From contig WELA01003305.1 of assembly GCA_009602735.1 (NCBI GenBank), forward strand, positions 27,621 to 91,620: a DNA stretch of 64,000 nt, read 5' to 3'. The first letter of the stretch is position 1; every line of letters begins with the position of its first letter. The notes under the pieces were generated by a model, which did not search any database, was not told where the DNA came from, and saw only the letters and a list, made by a program, of their open reading frames with translations. The stretch is from Mesotaenium endlicherianum (lineage: Eukaryota). Position numbers and translations under genes: made by a program. Shown one piece after another: positions 48,064 to 59,010 of the stretch.

Positions 48064-49536
48064 ATGGTAAGGACAAGGTCTCAAACTAGCAACTCCCGAG
48101 ACATGGAGAACCAGGATAACGAGATTGTCGAAAACCAGGCGGAAAGCCATGTAGCGGAAACCCGTACCTATTATGAAGCAGTGGCAAATACTGCAGCTAG
48201 AGAGGCTGCAGATGAGGCAGCTGCTATTGCCGCAGTCGCAGCACAGCAAGCTGAGGAGGAGAGAGCCAAATTAGCTGAACAATTAGCAAAGGCTGCTGAA
48301 GATACAGAAAGGAGGGAAGGACAGCCCGCTGACGAGCGCGCTGTTGAAGAACTCATGGCATCAAGGGCCAATGTTCTGAACCCACCTCCTGCTGTACAAC
48401 TCAATGTACCCCTAGGTCAAATACGTGACCGGCTGAATGCGGCAGGAATTGCTGCTGCAGAAGCGAGAGGGACTGTTGAGGACACTACTCAGCGAGTAGA
48501 TGCCAATGCTGCTGCTGCATTTGCTAGACTACCACCCCAGAGTGTAGACTTGGGAGCATTGTTCGTTCAGATGCAATCGCAAATGGCGACCATGTATCAG
48601 TCCCAACAGGAGGACAAAAGAATCATAATGTCCCTACTGCGAGACAGAGACCAACTGGGGTCTCAAACCACTCGTGGTGGTGGCCGAGGGCCTAGTAAGC
48701 CCAAGCCGAAACCTCCCCAGGAATATGATCCTGAGGGAAACAGAAAATATTACCTGATCAAGTTTCTCGCGGATGTTGAGCAGTGGCTGGAGAACTACCC
48801 GGAACTGCAAGATTACGAGAAGGTCAGGCACACCGATGCGCTACTGAAAGGCAGTGCCGCAGACTGGTGGCTTTACCGGAAAGGAGAGCGTAAGGCTCAG
48901 CAACTCGGTGACCCTACGTGGGTAGAGTTTGTCGAGAAGTTGCATGAGAAATTTGATGTCATCAACCAGCAGGAGAAAGCTATCTATGCGATGATCTCCC
49001 TAACACTGAAGCAGACCACTTCAGTTGCTGGCTTTGCTCAAAAGTTCCAGGAGAACATGATGAAACAGCCAGACTTGCCAGAACGGTATAGGATAGCATA
49101 CTTCAGGTATGGCTTGAAATCCGAAGTCTCTGGTCATTTTGCTGAGAAGAAGTATGAGAAACTTGCTGACTTGATCCAAGATGTTGATGCCTGGGATCAG
49201 CAGCAGTTCAATCACAAGCGCCAGAGTAATGCTTTGGTGTCGAAGGTTGTCAAAAAGTCCCACGATTCCTACAATGCATTTGAAGGAGACCAGGCTGAAG
49301 ATGATCAGGGTGATGAATGTGGGTATGAGTACAATGCTATGCAGTCTAAAGGGAGAGGTGGTTTCTCTCGAGGCGGCTATGGAAGAGGTGGTAGGACTAA
49401 GCCGAGACCAGCCTCAGCAAAATCGATTTGCTTCCATTGCCAGCCGCCAGGTCACTTCAGAGAGCAGTGTCCAGCCAAGCACCTTCCGAAGGTCGAGAGA
49501 AAAGACCAGCCTTTAAAACACAGCAACAGTCAGTAA
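48064..49536 (+). CDS. gag: Chromovirus gag (490 aa, intact ORF)
   Basis: MVRTRSQ start, PKPPQEYD, LLKGSAADWW, PTWVEFVEKL, LKQTTSVAGF, YFRYGLKSEV and zinc knuckle CFHCQPPGHFREQC. Confidence 0.88.
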   Translation: MVRTRSQTSNSRDMENQDNEIVENQAESHVAETRTYYEAVANTAAREAADEAAAIAAVAAQQAEEERAKLAEQLAKAAEDTERREGQPADERAVEELMASRANVLNPPPAVQLNVPLGQIRDRLNAAGIAAAEARGTVEDTTQRVDANAAAAFARLPPQSVDLGALFVQMQSQMATMYQSQQEDKRIIMSLLRDRDQLGSQTTRGGGRGPSKPKPKPPQEYDPEGNRKYYLIKFLADVEQWLENYPELQDYEKVRHTDALLKGSAADWWLYRKGERKAQQLGDPTWVEFVEKLHEKFDVINQQEKAIYAMISLTLKQTTSVAGFAQKFQENMMKQPDLPERYRIAYFRYGLKSEVSGHFAEKKYEKLADLIQDVDAWDQQQFNHKRQSNALVSKVVKKSHDSYNAFEGDQAEDDQGDECGYEYNAMQSKGRGGFSRGGYGRGGRTKPRPASAKSICFHCQPPGHFREQCPAKHLPKVERKDQPLKHSNSQ

Positions 49537-52500
49537 TCCAGTCTACTGACTGTGAGGATGCTAGAGATAGTGAGTCGTCACTAGCTGCCCTCGTAGCAGG
49601 TATTATGGGTCCTGCTGAACTGGATTCACTATGCATGCCTAACAACCAAATAAAGGAGACCATCAGCAATATAGACATCCAGAGAGTGCACACTCTGGAT
49701 GCTCTTATTCCATCTGGTGTCCAACATTTCTATGCTATGTCAGGAGAACAATGCGAAAGTCAGGAAAAGACAGCCCCCCCTATCCTACTGCATTGCATGA
49801 TTGCAGGTAGGAAGGTGAGGGCATTTGTGGACGGAGGGGCGTCACATACTTTCATCCACAAGGACTTAGTTAAGCGGCTAAAGCTGCCTACTATCACCCA
49901 AGGGAATAGAAAAATATTCCTGGAGATGCCTCAAGTATCTCGGGAGGAGTTATAACCAAGCCTATTGAGGTCCAGTTAGATTCTGGCATTGCAGTTCTAA
50001 CTGAAACGCTTACATTTGAGGTACTCAACACTGGCTTTTATGATCTCGTGCTAGGCAGGTCCTGGCTTAATAGACATCAAGCTGAAGTGTGTTGGAGCAG
50101 AGGTACAGTTAAAGTGAGAGGAGCCAGTGATGGGCAGACTGACTTGGCACCCACCAGTGCTCTTCCTCTTGTCCTGTGTGGATGGCAACTGAAGGAAAAG
50201 AAGAAGCTTCCAGAAGGATGCAAGTTGTTGAATGCAATGGAGTTTGTCAAAAGCTGGAACCAGAAGGAAAACAGAATGTTCTATCTGCAGCTAAGAGAGG
50301 TACCATCTCAACCTGAAGAAGTGGTTGAGAAAAAGGCAAGCCCTCCGGAGCACCCTACTGCTGCGAAAATTGTTGCTCAGTACACGGATGTATTTGATAT
50401 GCCTCCAGGACTACCCCCCTAAGAAAGAAGTAGATCATAGGATTGATTTATTACCTGAGAGTCAACCACCCTGGCAACGCACTTATAACTTGTCTTATGT
50501 GGAGAGCGAGGAGTTGAAAACACAAATTGCAAAGCTTGAGGAAAATGGTTATATTTCTCCCAGTAAATCACCTTACGGCGCACCCATCCTATTTGTTAAG
50601 AAAAAGGATGGCAGTATGCGGATGTGTGTGGATTACAGAGCTCTGAACAGAATTACAGTAAAGAACAAGTATGCTTTACCCAGAATCGAGGACTTGCTTG
50701 ATACCCTGTCTGGTGCTAAGGTGTTTAGTAAGATAGATCTCAAAAGTGGTAATCATCAAATCAGAATTGCTGAGGGGGATGAACACAAGACTGCCTTCCG
50801 CACACGTTATGGACACTATGAGTTCAACGTGATGCCATTTGGACTGACTAATGCTCCAGCATCCTTCATGGGTGCTATGAATGACATTTTCAGGCCTTAT
50901 TTGGATAAATTTGTGCAAGTTTTCCTGGATGATATTTTATTTTTCTCTAAAGATGAGACTCAGCACGCTGAACACTTAAAGACAGTCATGGACACTCTGA
51001 GAAGAAATTAGTTATATGCTAAAATGAGCAAGTGTGATTTCTTTAAGGAAAGTATTGAATTCTTAGGCCACGTTGTCAGTAAAGAGGGCATCAGTGTAGA
51101 CCCTAAGAAAGTCCAGACCATAAGGGACTGGCCAGTACCACAGTCTGTCTCTGAAGTTAGATCCTTCCTCGGGTTGGTTGACTACTATAGGAGATTTATT
51201 GAGAATTATTCCACAGAGGCCAGTAAACTGACTGACCTTACTAAGAAAGACATAGGGTATGTGTGGGGGGAAAAGCAGCAGGCTGCCTTCCAGACCCTTA
51301 AAGATGCTCTTTGTTCTGCCCCGGTGCTAGCCGTGTATGACCCCAGCAAACCGGTGCAGGTGGTCACTGATGCCCTTGACTTTGCCATGGGTGCTATTTT
51401 GTTGCAGCCTGCTGACAAAGCCACAAAGGATGGTAAGGTACGGCAGGAGTGGCATCCTGTGTTGTACGAGTATGAAATTTAATCGAGCGGAGATTAATTA
51501 CTCAGTGCATGATAAAGAGCTGCTAGCTATCATTCATGTACTCAAACAGTGGAGAGCATACTTACATGGTAAAGCTTTTAAGGTGATTACAGATCATCTA
51601 GCTCTGACCCACTTTCAGAAGAAGTCCAAGCTGTCGAGGAGGGAGAACCGCTGGAGCCAGATGCTGGAGCAGTTCCAAGTCCAGATCGACTACAAACCAG
51701 GGAAGTTGAATCCTGCTGATGCACTCTCTAGAAGACCTGACTTGCAAGAAAGGAACTTTAGTCAGCATGCTGTAGATAAAGTCCTGTGTGCACTCACTTC
51801 ACTAAAGGTGAAAAAGTCCTTCCTTGAACAACTTAGGAAAGCCTACCTTTCTGACCCAACATTTGAGCCCAACCCCACTACTGGTATGTGTCGTGCTACT
51901 GCACTCGGGTATAAGCTTAAGGGAGGGGTCTGGGTGACTGAAACCACTTCAGGCAGGCTGAAGCTGGTCATTCCTAATAACTTGGAAATAAGGTCGCTTT
52001 TATTGAGTCAAGCACATGACAGTTTACTGGGTGGGCATTTGGGGCAGGCCAAAACTGTTGGCAAACTGGCAAAACATTATCATTGGGAGGGATTACCTTG
52101 GAAGGTCTTGAAATACATTAAGTCCTGTGACCAGTGTCAAAAGAATAAGTCTAGGCAGACACCATTGGGGGGCCTCTTACAATCGCTGCCCATCCCAGCT
52201 GGCCGCTGGGAAACAATATCCATGGACTGGGTGGTCACACTGCCACGAACGGCCAATGGGCATGATTTGATACTGGTAGTCGTGAATAAACTGACAAAAT
52301 TGGTCATTTTCATCCCCACAACCGTCAAAGTGACTGCACTCGAAACAGCGAGACAGTTTTACAACCATGTAGTATGCCAACATGGGCTACCTACTAATAT
52401 CATCTCAGACAGAGACTCAAAATTCACCTCTAAGTTCTGGAGAGCTTTAATGGGGTTAATGGGAGTCAAACAGCTGCTCAGCACAGCAAACCACCCTCAG

Positions 52501-53319
52501 ACTGATGGGCAGATTGAGAGAACTAATCGAGTTCTGCAAGAGGTACTGAGAGCCTATATTAACCAAAACAAAATAATTGGGATGACCTGTTACCTCAAAT
52601 CCAGTTTGCGGTCAACAGTGCGGTGCATGCGTCAACGGGCAAGAATCCTTTTGAATCAAGCCTGGGTAGAGTCCCTAAGTCTCCTTTCGATGTCCTAGGG
52701 AAGTCTTTAAGTCACCTTGAAGGGATTGACAATCCAATCTCCCTCCAGTTAACTCAGGAGTTTGCTGACACCCTGTCAGAAGTTCAGCAGAACCTGCACA
52801 GAGCCCAAGAAAACCAACAAAACTACGCTAATCAGCACCGATCGAGAACTGACCTTTTCTAAAGGCGATTTGGTCAAATTGCATTCTCAGCACCTGTACC
52901 TCCCTGGTGTGGTCAAGAAAAAGCTTGGCCCTGTCTGGGTCGGTCCATATTTGGTGGTGCGTCGTGTCGGTAAGAATGCTTACAAACTGAACATGTCAGC
53001 CGAATACAAGGGTCATCCAATCTTTAATGTCTCTTTCCTGGAACCATACATCAAAGGTGATACACTGTCCACAAGTTGGTTACCTGTCCAACCGGGACCG
53101 GTACCCGCTGTCCGGGACGGCGACCCTGAAGAATATGAGGTTGAGGAGATTTTAGACTCGCGCTCGGTCCGTCGATCGTCTAAATATGTCATCAAGTACC
53201 TCATTTGATGGAAGGATTACGATGCCTCTGGGGACACTTGGGAATTTAGAGACCATTTGAATAATGCCAAAGGGGCGTTGAAACTATTCCACCTTCGGGC
53301 GGCTGGAGCACCTCCCTAA
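49537..53319 (+). pseudogene. pol: Chromovirus pol (PR-RT-RNase H-integrase-chromodomain) with stops and frameshifts
   Basis: [60 protein letters not shown]; RNase H TDALDFAMGA, DKELLAI, TDH; integrase HDSLLGGHLG, CDQCQKNK, SDRDSKFTS, HPQTDGQIER; GPY/F WVGPY; chromodomain EYEVEEILDSR...KYLI*WKDY....TWE (~53131-53295). Confidence 0.95.
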
Positions 53320-53617
53320 CAGTCATTTCAGTTGACACGAGAAGGTGACAGGAGGTCCTGTCTCCATTTAAGTTGGAGGGGAAAATATATGACAGTTAGT
53401 GTGCGAGAGCGAGAAAGGGACAGTTAGGGACAGTTATGTGAACCCTAAGTGTCAGCATAATGACAGAGGGGACAGCCTGGCCCACATAAAGCACCTTTAG
53501 CTGAAGGAAAAAGGGCCTCGCACAGCCATACATCACTTAACACCCCTGAAAACACATTCATATGTTTATGTCTAGCACACCGCAACTACGTCAATTCCTA
53601 GCAAGCACCCTGTAAGA

Positions 53618-54771
53618 ATGGCTCCCTCCACACAAAAGGAGGACAGAAAGCGCAAGACAGAAGAAGCCAGGAGGACAATGGAGCAATACCAGAAGGAGCT
53701 GGCGGCGACGTCCCTCACCAGGAGAGAACAAGAAAGGGTCCGCAAACAACAAGAGGCAGCAGAAGAAGCACAGAGGAAGAAGGATCAGGAAGCGGAAAAC
53801 CTCAGGAAAGCTGAGGAGGAGAGACAAAAGTAACAACAAGAAGAAGCGGCAGCGGCAGAGGTGGAGCGAAGGAGAAAGGCTGAAGCGGACAGGCAGAAGA
53901 GCTTGGCCACTTACAGGTATACTGTGGTGGGTGGCCAAAACTTTGATAACCTGAAGAAAGCATTGCTGGCAGCCCAGGACATCAACAAGCTGGAATAGAC
54001 AACACTGCTACAGAGGGAAGGAACTGCAGCACTGGAGGAGGGGGAGAGATTACTTCTCTAAGGGAAAGCATACCTTCGTCAAATGGGCAAAGAATGCAGG
54101 CCGGATATTAGCAGGCTGAAGGCCAAGCAACCTCCAGCGCGAAAGGGGGATCAATAGACTACTCCACGTCTACCAGAGAGCAAGACGACTTAGTTGACGA
54201 GACTCCTACTCTCTCAGAGGAGGAGGATGAGGTGGATGAGGAAGAAGAACAAGGCAGGGGAGAAGCATCAAGAGCTGGTACTCAGGAGACCCAGGGGCAG
54301 GCAGGGGCACTTCTTAAGGAACCATGATCAGGTATATGGAACGTGATCCCGGTCATGGAGGCAACTGGACCCCGCACTCGCTCCCCCAGCCCACTTGCCC
54401 AAGCAGGGGAAGAAGCTGATCTAACTGTACTTGGCAGCAGACACAGGCAAAAATCCCCAGAGGACAGGGGTTTCAAAAGAGGGCCACGCGGGGTGGCCAG
54501 AGGTATGCCGGCCTCCCCCTTCGCTCAGGGACATGTACCTCTTGCCAATGTATTTCATCATCCTACTGGAATGCCTGTCTATGTGGGGATCAATGCCCAA
54601 GTGGGTGAAGAGCAGGCTACCATCCTTCGTTCTCCTCGAGGTCCAACTTTAGAACAAACGGGGTTCTTTAGAAGGCCAGCTGACAGACCTAGAGGGCTGT
54701 CCAGATCTTGGTCCAGATCTCAGTCTCCTGATCCTGAAGCCCCAGGAACAACCCCCTGGGTAACAGGCTGA
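53618..54771 (+). pseudogene. Additional ORF of the chromovirus (coiled-coil, acidic and Ser/Arg/Pro-rich segments), disrupted
   Basis: MAPSTQKEDRKRK... The frame continues through TAA/TAG/TGA stops that are single C-to-T changes from CAA/CAG/CGA, plus one frameshift near 54150-54190. Confidence 0.65.
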
Positions 54772-54857
54772 AAGGGGCAGTCAGTTGGGGAGGCTGGTCA
54801 CGTTCAGTTCCCTTATTTAAGACTTCTGCAGTTTAATGTTGTCGAGGCGACAACAAG

Positions 54858-54871
54858 TTAAGTTGGAGGGA
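54858..54871 (+). promoter_or_regulatory. Polypurine tract adjacent to the 3' LTR
   Basis: TTAAGTTGGAGGGA immediately before the LTR TG at 54873; an identical 13-mer lies at 53368-53380. Confidence 0.8.
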
Positions 54872-54872
54872 T

Positions 54873-55792
54873 TGTAATGAATCAGTATATTAGTAAATAT
54901 AATATTCATTTAAATATAATAGTTAATTATGTTCAACCTGCTGAACTCTAGTTAAATAATCAGTCTGCTGGACTTTATATTTAATAGACTTTAATGACTC
55001 AGCCGGAAGCAGCAGGTTGAAGTCAACTTAAGTCAGCTTGCTGACACATTCTTTGACAGCCAGCTGACTTCCGTACTCGGTAGCAGCAAATTGCCTCGAT
55101 ATGCATCTAAGTGTGATATGTTAGATAAATGGCCAGATGACATCCCTATGATAGATGGCAATTCGGGATGATGGGAGATGGCGGTTGATTTGGTTAATCG
55201 AGGTCCTACCAACGTGGTTAACTCCCGGGTAGGCGGTGCCATCGCACTGGCCGTTGAACAGTAAACTCATTCCATGTACATATGCTAGGCATTGCTCTCA
55301 AGTGCGGCATTCGGAAACGAGGCCAACTCTCTTGTATAGCTTACTGAGAGAGATCTGAATCCAAGGCGAGAAGCCATTGATACGCACTGTTTTGCAACCT
55401 TGCTTATGTATGAGTTTACTGAATTGCATTATTGATGCTAGTTTACTCGCATTTGACTTACGAGTATTATTCCATGTACATATGCTAAGCATTGCTCTCG
55501 AGTTCGGCATTCGGAAACGAGGCCAACTCTCTTGTACAGCTTATTGAGAGAGATCTGAATCCAAGGCGAGAAGCCATTGATACGCACTGTCTTCTAACCT
55601 TGCTTATGTATGAGTTTTACTGATTGCATCATTGATGCTAGTTTACTCGCATTTGACTAGAGTATCGTTCACTGCTAGTGTGTTGTCCTTTTGCCGTTTA
55701 ACCAGTTAACAAAATATACCATAAAGATTACTTGCTGATGTAAAGATCTATATTTATTGTTAATTGCCTATTTGGTAAGACGATTCATTTCA
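54873..55792 (+). repeat. 3' LTR (920 bp) containing a 200-bp internal tandem duplication
   Basis: TGTAATGAAT...ATTCATTTCA; the unit starting TCCATGTACATATGCTA occurs at 55271 and 55471. Confidence 0.95.
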
Positions 55793-56186
55793 ACGGACAA
55801 CAAAATAGGCCTTGTTCTTGATGTTAGGGGGCCTATTGGGGCCTTCAGTCATGTGTAGTAGTGCCTGAGCTCATTTGACTCATGTCACACGCGCACTGAC
55901 GTAATTATCTATACAAGTCGTTCATTTGACTAAAATCACTGCCAGTCGAGGCACGAGTCAACCTGTTACATAGCTGTCTATTTCCATCTCGGTCGGCCAC
56001 ATCCGTTCCCTAATTTCAACCATGGCCAACGATGGCGGCAAATTCTCCGTCACATCAGGCCTCGCACTATTTTTCTCAGCCATTCCGCTTTCTTGCCAAA
56101 AGTTTTTTAAGACTTTGATAATGGGTTTTTTTCATGAGGGCCTTCCGTATCATAAGCCTAGTCAATACCAATGTCAATAACATAAA

Positions 56187-56906
56187 TGAAATGAATCGAC
56201 TTACCAAATAGGCGATTAACAATTAATAAAGATCTTCATATCAGCAAGTAATCCTTATGGATTTTCCGTTAATTGATTAAACGGCAAAAGCACAACACAC
56301 TAGCAGTGAACAACACTCGTAAATCAAATGCGAGTAAACTAGCATCAATAATGCACTCAGTAAACTCATACATAAGCAAGGTTAGAAGACAGTGCGGATC
56401 AATGGCTTCTCGTCTTGGATTCAGATCTCCCTTAGCAAGCTGTACAAGAGAGTTGGCCTCGTTTCCAAATGCCGAACTCGAGAGCAATGCCTAGCATATG
56501 TACATGGAATGAGTTTACTGTTCAACGGCCAGTGCGATGGCACCGCCTACCCGGGAGTTAACCACGTTGGTAGGACCTCGGTGAACCAAATCCACTGCCA
56601 TCTCCCACCATCCCGAATCGCCATCCATCATAGGGATGTCATCTGGCCATTCATCTAGCATACCACACTTAGATGCATATCGAGGCAGTTCGCTGCTACC
56701 GAGTACGGAAGTCAGCTGGCTGTCAAAGAATGTGTCAGCAAGCTGACTTAAGCTGACTTCAGCCTGCTGCTTTTGGCTGAGTCATTAAACTGATATTAAA
56801 TATAAAGTCCAGCAGACTGATTAACAACTAGAGTTCAGCAGGCTGAACTTATTTAACTATTACATTTGAATAAATATTCTATCAACCAATATATTGATTC
56901 ATTACA
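56187..56906 (-). mobile_element. Solo LTR of the same chromovirus family, inverted orientation
   Basis: Reverse complement of the LTR (TGAAATGAAT...ATTCATTACA), 720 bp, flanked by a perfect 5-bp TSD ATAAA (56182-56186 and 56907-56911). Confidence 0.95.
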
Positions 56907-57543
56907 ATAAATTTGTAGAAAAAACACATGAGATGAATCATTTATTTCAATTTAAGTTGTTGAGAGTTTGTCCTGATTCATCACCTTAGCTTATGGGAGG
57001 AAAAATACATCTTGGGACAACATTTTGTCAAAGTTACAAAATTTTCTTCTCATGCATTCGATGACTTTGGATGTCCTATGCATAATCTTTATTTTCTTGT
57101 GTAGAAGAGTCTCACCGAAGCACCATAAGGAGGCCTCCTTAGATCAATACCAGATGTACAAGAACCTCAATTAAGTACTTCCATAATTCCTTAATTGCAC
57201 ATTAAACTCTTTGCTTTGAGCTTGCTGAAGTTATTTATTACCTTCACCAAGGAAAAAACAAACTTTGTTATAGCATACTCCACCGTAACTTATTTAATGA
57301 CGCCTCTTGAAGGTATTTGAAATTTTAAAAAAAATTGGCTTTCGAGAGCTAAGGCTTTCTCCTTATATTTACAAGTCTTCTTGACTTGGTCAATTTTCCA
57401 ATGAAGGACTTGCATCACGATCCTTTATGCATTTGCATGGAAATGAAGATTTTTTATTTATTTTTTGCAAGCCGTTTCCATCTTAAAATTTGCGCTAAGC
57501 TAGTCTGTCAGACATTCTCGGTCAAAGTGAGAATCGCGTCCAA

Positions 57544-58251
57544 ATGATAGAGGCAAATCATGATGATTTACATGGAATTGTCAAACGCTTTGTTACGGCA
57601 ATGGAATCTTACCCAACTGTTGGTTCTTATTTACAGGCTGCCCGAGGAATGCCGGGTATATCAGGGACAGCCCGCGCCAACGCTCCGCCTCCACTCCCAC
57701 CCGCCGTTCCTGGGCAAATCGCAGCACTAACACCGTCGTACAAGCCCTCGCCGCCTGAAAAGTTTCAGGGTGGCCCTGGCAGCGACGTCCGACGTTTTCT
57801 GAAGGAATTCAATACGTTCTTTCAGTTGGCCAAAGTGGCCCCGGCTGACCAGGCTATGATGGCCTCCACGTTCCTCAAGGGAGACGCTTCTCAGCTCTGG
57901 CATGGCCAAGATAGAAAACCCATGACTTTCGAGGAGTTTTTTGTGGAGTTACGTAATTCCTTTGGAAAGCACAACTCTTCCAAAGCAGCTCGAGACAAGT
58001 TACTCCTCTTCAAGCAGACCAGCACCATCGAAACCTATGTAAACAAGTTTCGTATATTGGTGGGTCAGATAGTGGATGTTCCACTTGATGCGGAGATGCA
58101 AATCCACCTTTTTTGCCTGGGCCTCCAGCCAGAATACCAATGTAAAGTTTCTGGCTTAAACAATCTTTTTCTGAGAATCTTTTCCTCAATATTCAAGAAA
58201 ACTTTAATAACAGCGGTAGGAAAATATCTCTACTTGGAAGTACTTGTCTAA
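57544..58251 (+). CDS. Ty3/gypsy-type gag capsid-domain ORF with no zinc knuckle or pol
   Basis: KPSPPEKFQG, FLKGDASQLW, TFEEFFVELRNSFG, ARDKLLLFKQTSTIETYVNKF, IHLFCLGLQPEYQ. Recognisable homology ends near 58146. Confidence 0.7.
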   Translation: MIEANHDDLHGIVKRFVTAMESYPTVGSYLQAARGMPGISGTARANAPPPLPPAVPGQIAALTPSYKPSPPEKFQGGPGSDVRRFLKEFNTFFQLAKVAPADQAMMASTFLKGDASQLWHGQDRKPMTFEEFFVELRNSFGKHNSSKAARDKLLLFKQTSTIETYVNKFRILVGQIVDVPLDAEMQIHLFCLGLQPEYQCKVSGLNNLFLRIFSSIFKKTLITAVGKYLYLEVLV

Positions 58252-58938
58252 CTTTCGAGAAAGAATGGAGAGAGGAGAAGTAGTATTTGTGCTTATGAGA
58301 GTTGCACTCACAATGACTCTTGTGGGTATTTACACCCACACAACGTGAGGCATCGAGTGCTTCGAGTCACCACCTAGGGCATTTTCTTCTTCTCTGTCCC
58401 CTCCTTGTCATTGCATGATCTGGCAACCTCCTCTCACCATAAAGGGTGCCTCTCAAAGGTTTCGATTCAGCAGGGAGAGTCCTCTGCCGGGATTTTGTCT
58501 ATGTACCTGTTTCTTGTGCCTTGCCTCCATCTGCCTGCAGTACTCCGGGACGGCAGAGGTGTACTGGCATGCACCAGCTGTCCAGCAAGCACGTGGCTTC
58601 CTAGATTTGTTGCACGTGGGACAGGTGAACTCAGCTGCACGTGTCACGTAGCTGCTCTAGACATTGGCAAAGAATTAAGTTGTCCCTGAAACAGACCTCC
58701 TGGCGATTCCTAAGCTGCCACCTGTTCAGATATAATCATGTTGGCAAGCCCCCTCCTCTCGCGGCAGCGGTTTTATCTGCGGAGAATGAAAAACGCTCAC
58801 ATGCGCACACATAAGCATGCATACACCTCCCTGCCTGCCTGCATTCCTCTGGACCTGCAGGAACTGGGCATGCAAGTGTGCATGCAGGCATGCATGCCAA
58901 CGGTCTTGTCGTGGAGTGGCTGTGGGGGGGACTTTCAG

Positions 58939-59010
58939 GGAGCAGCAATGAGCTATGCGGAGCTGGGCCAGTTGGACAAGGCCGCCTCCTCCCTGGAGTC
59001 ACTCCTCAAG
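58939..59010 (+). other. Isolated 72-nt phase-0 exon encoding a TPR-like helix pair
   Basis: tttcag|GAAMSYAELGQLDKAASSLESLLK|gtaggt, flanked by the host-type intronic TGCC/GCGT repeats. Confidence 0.55.

Larger units (their letters stand above)
47322..55792 (+). mobile_element. Ty3/gypsy chromovirus LTR retrotransposon, full length, decayed, with an extra 3' ORF
   Basis: TG...CA LTRs at 47322-48029 and 54873-55792. Flanks ACTGA (47317-47321) and ACGGA (55793-55797) form a 5-bp TSD with one mismatch. PBS, gag, PR, RT, RNase H, integrase, chromodomain and PPT are all present. Confidence 0.96.

Noticed and set aside
58405..58689. CPTC-containing short ORF as a zinc finger
   Set aside because: Ligand spacing is incomplete and there is no supporting exon structure.
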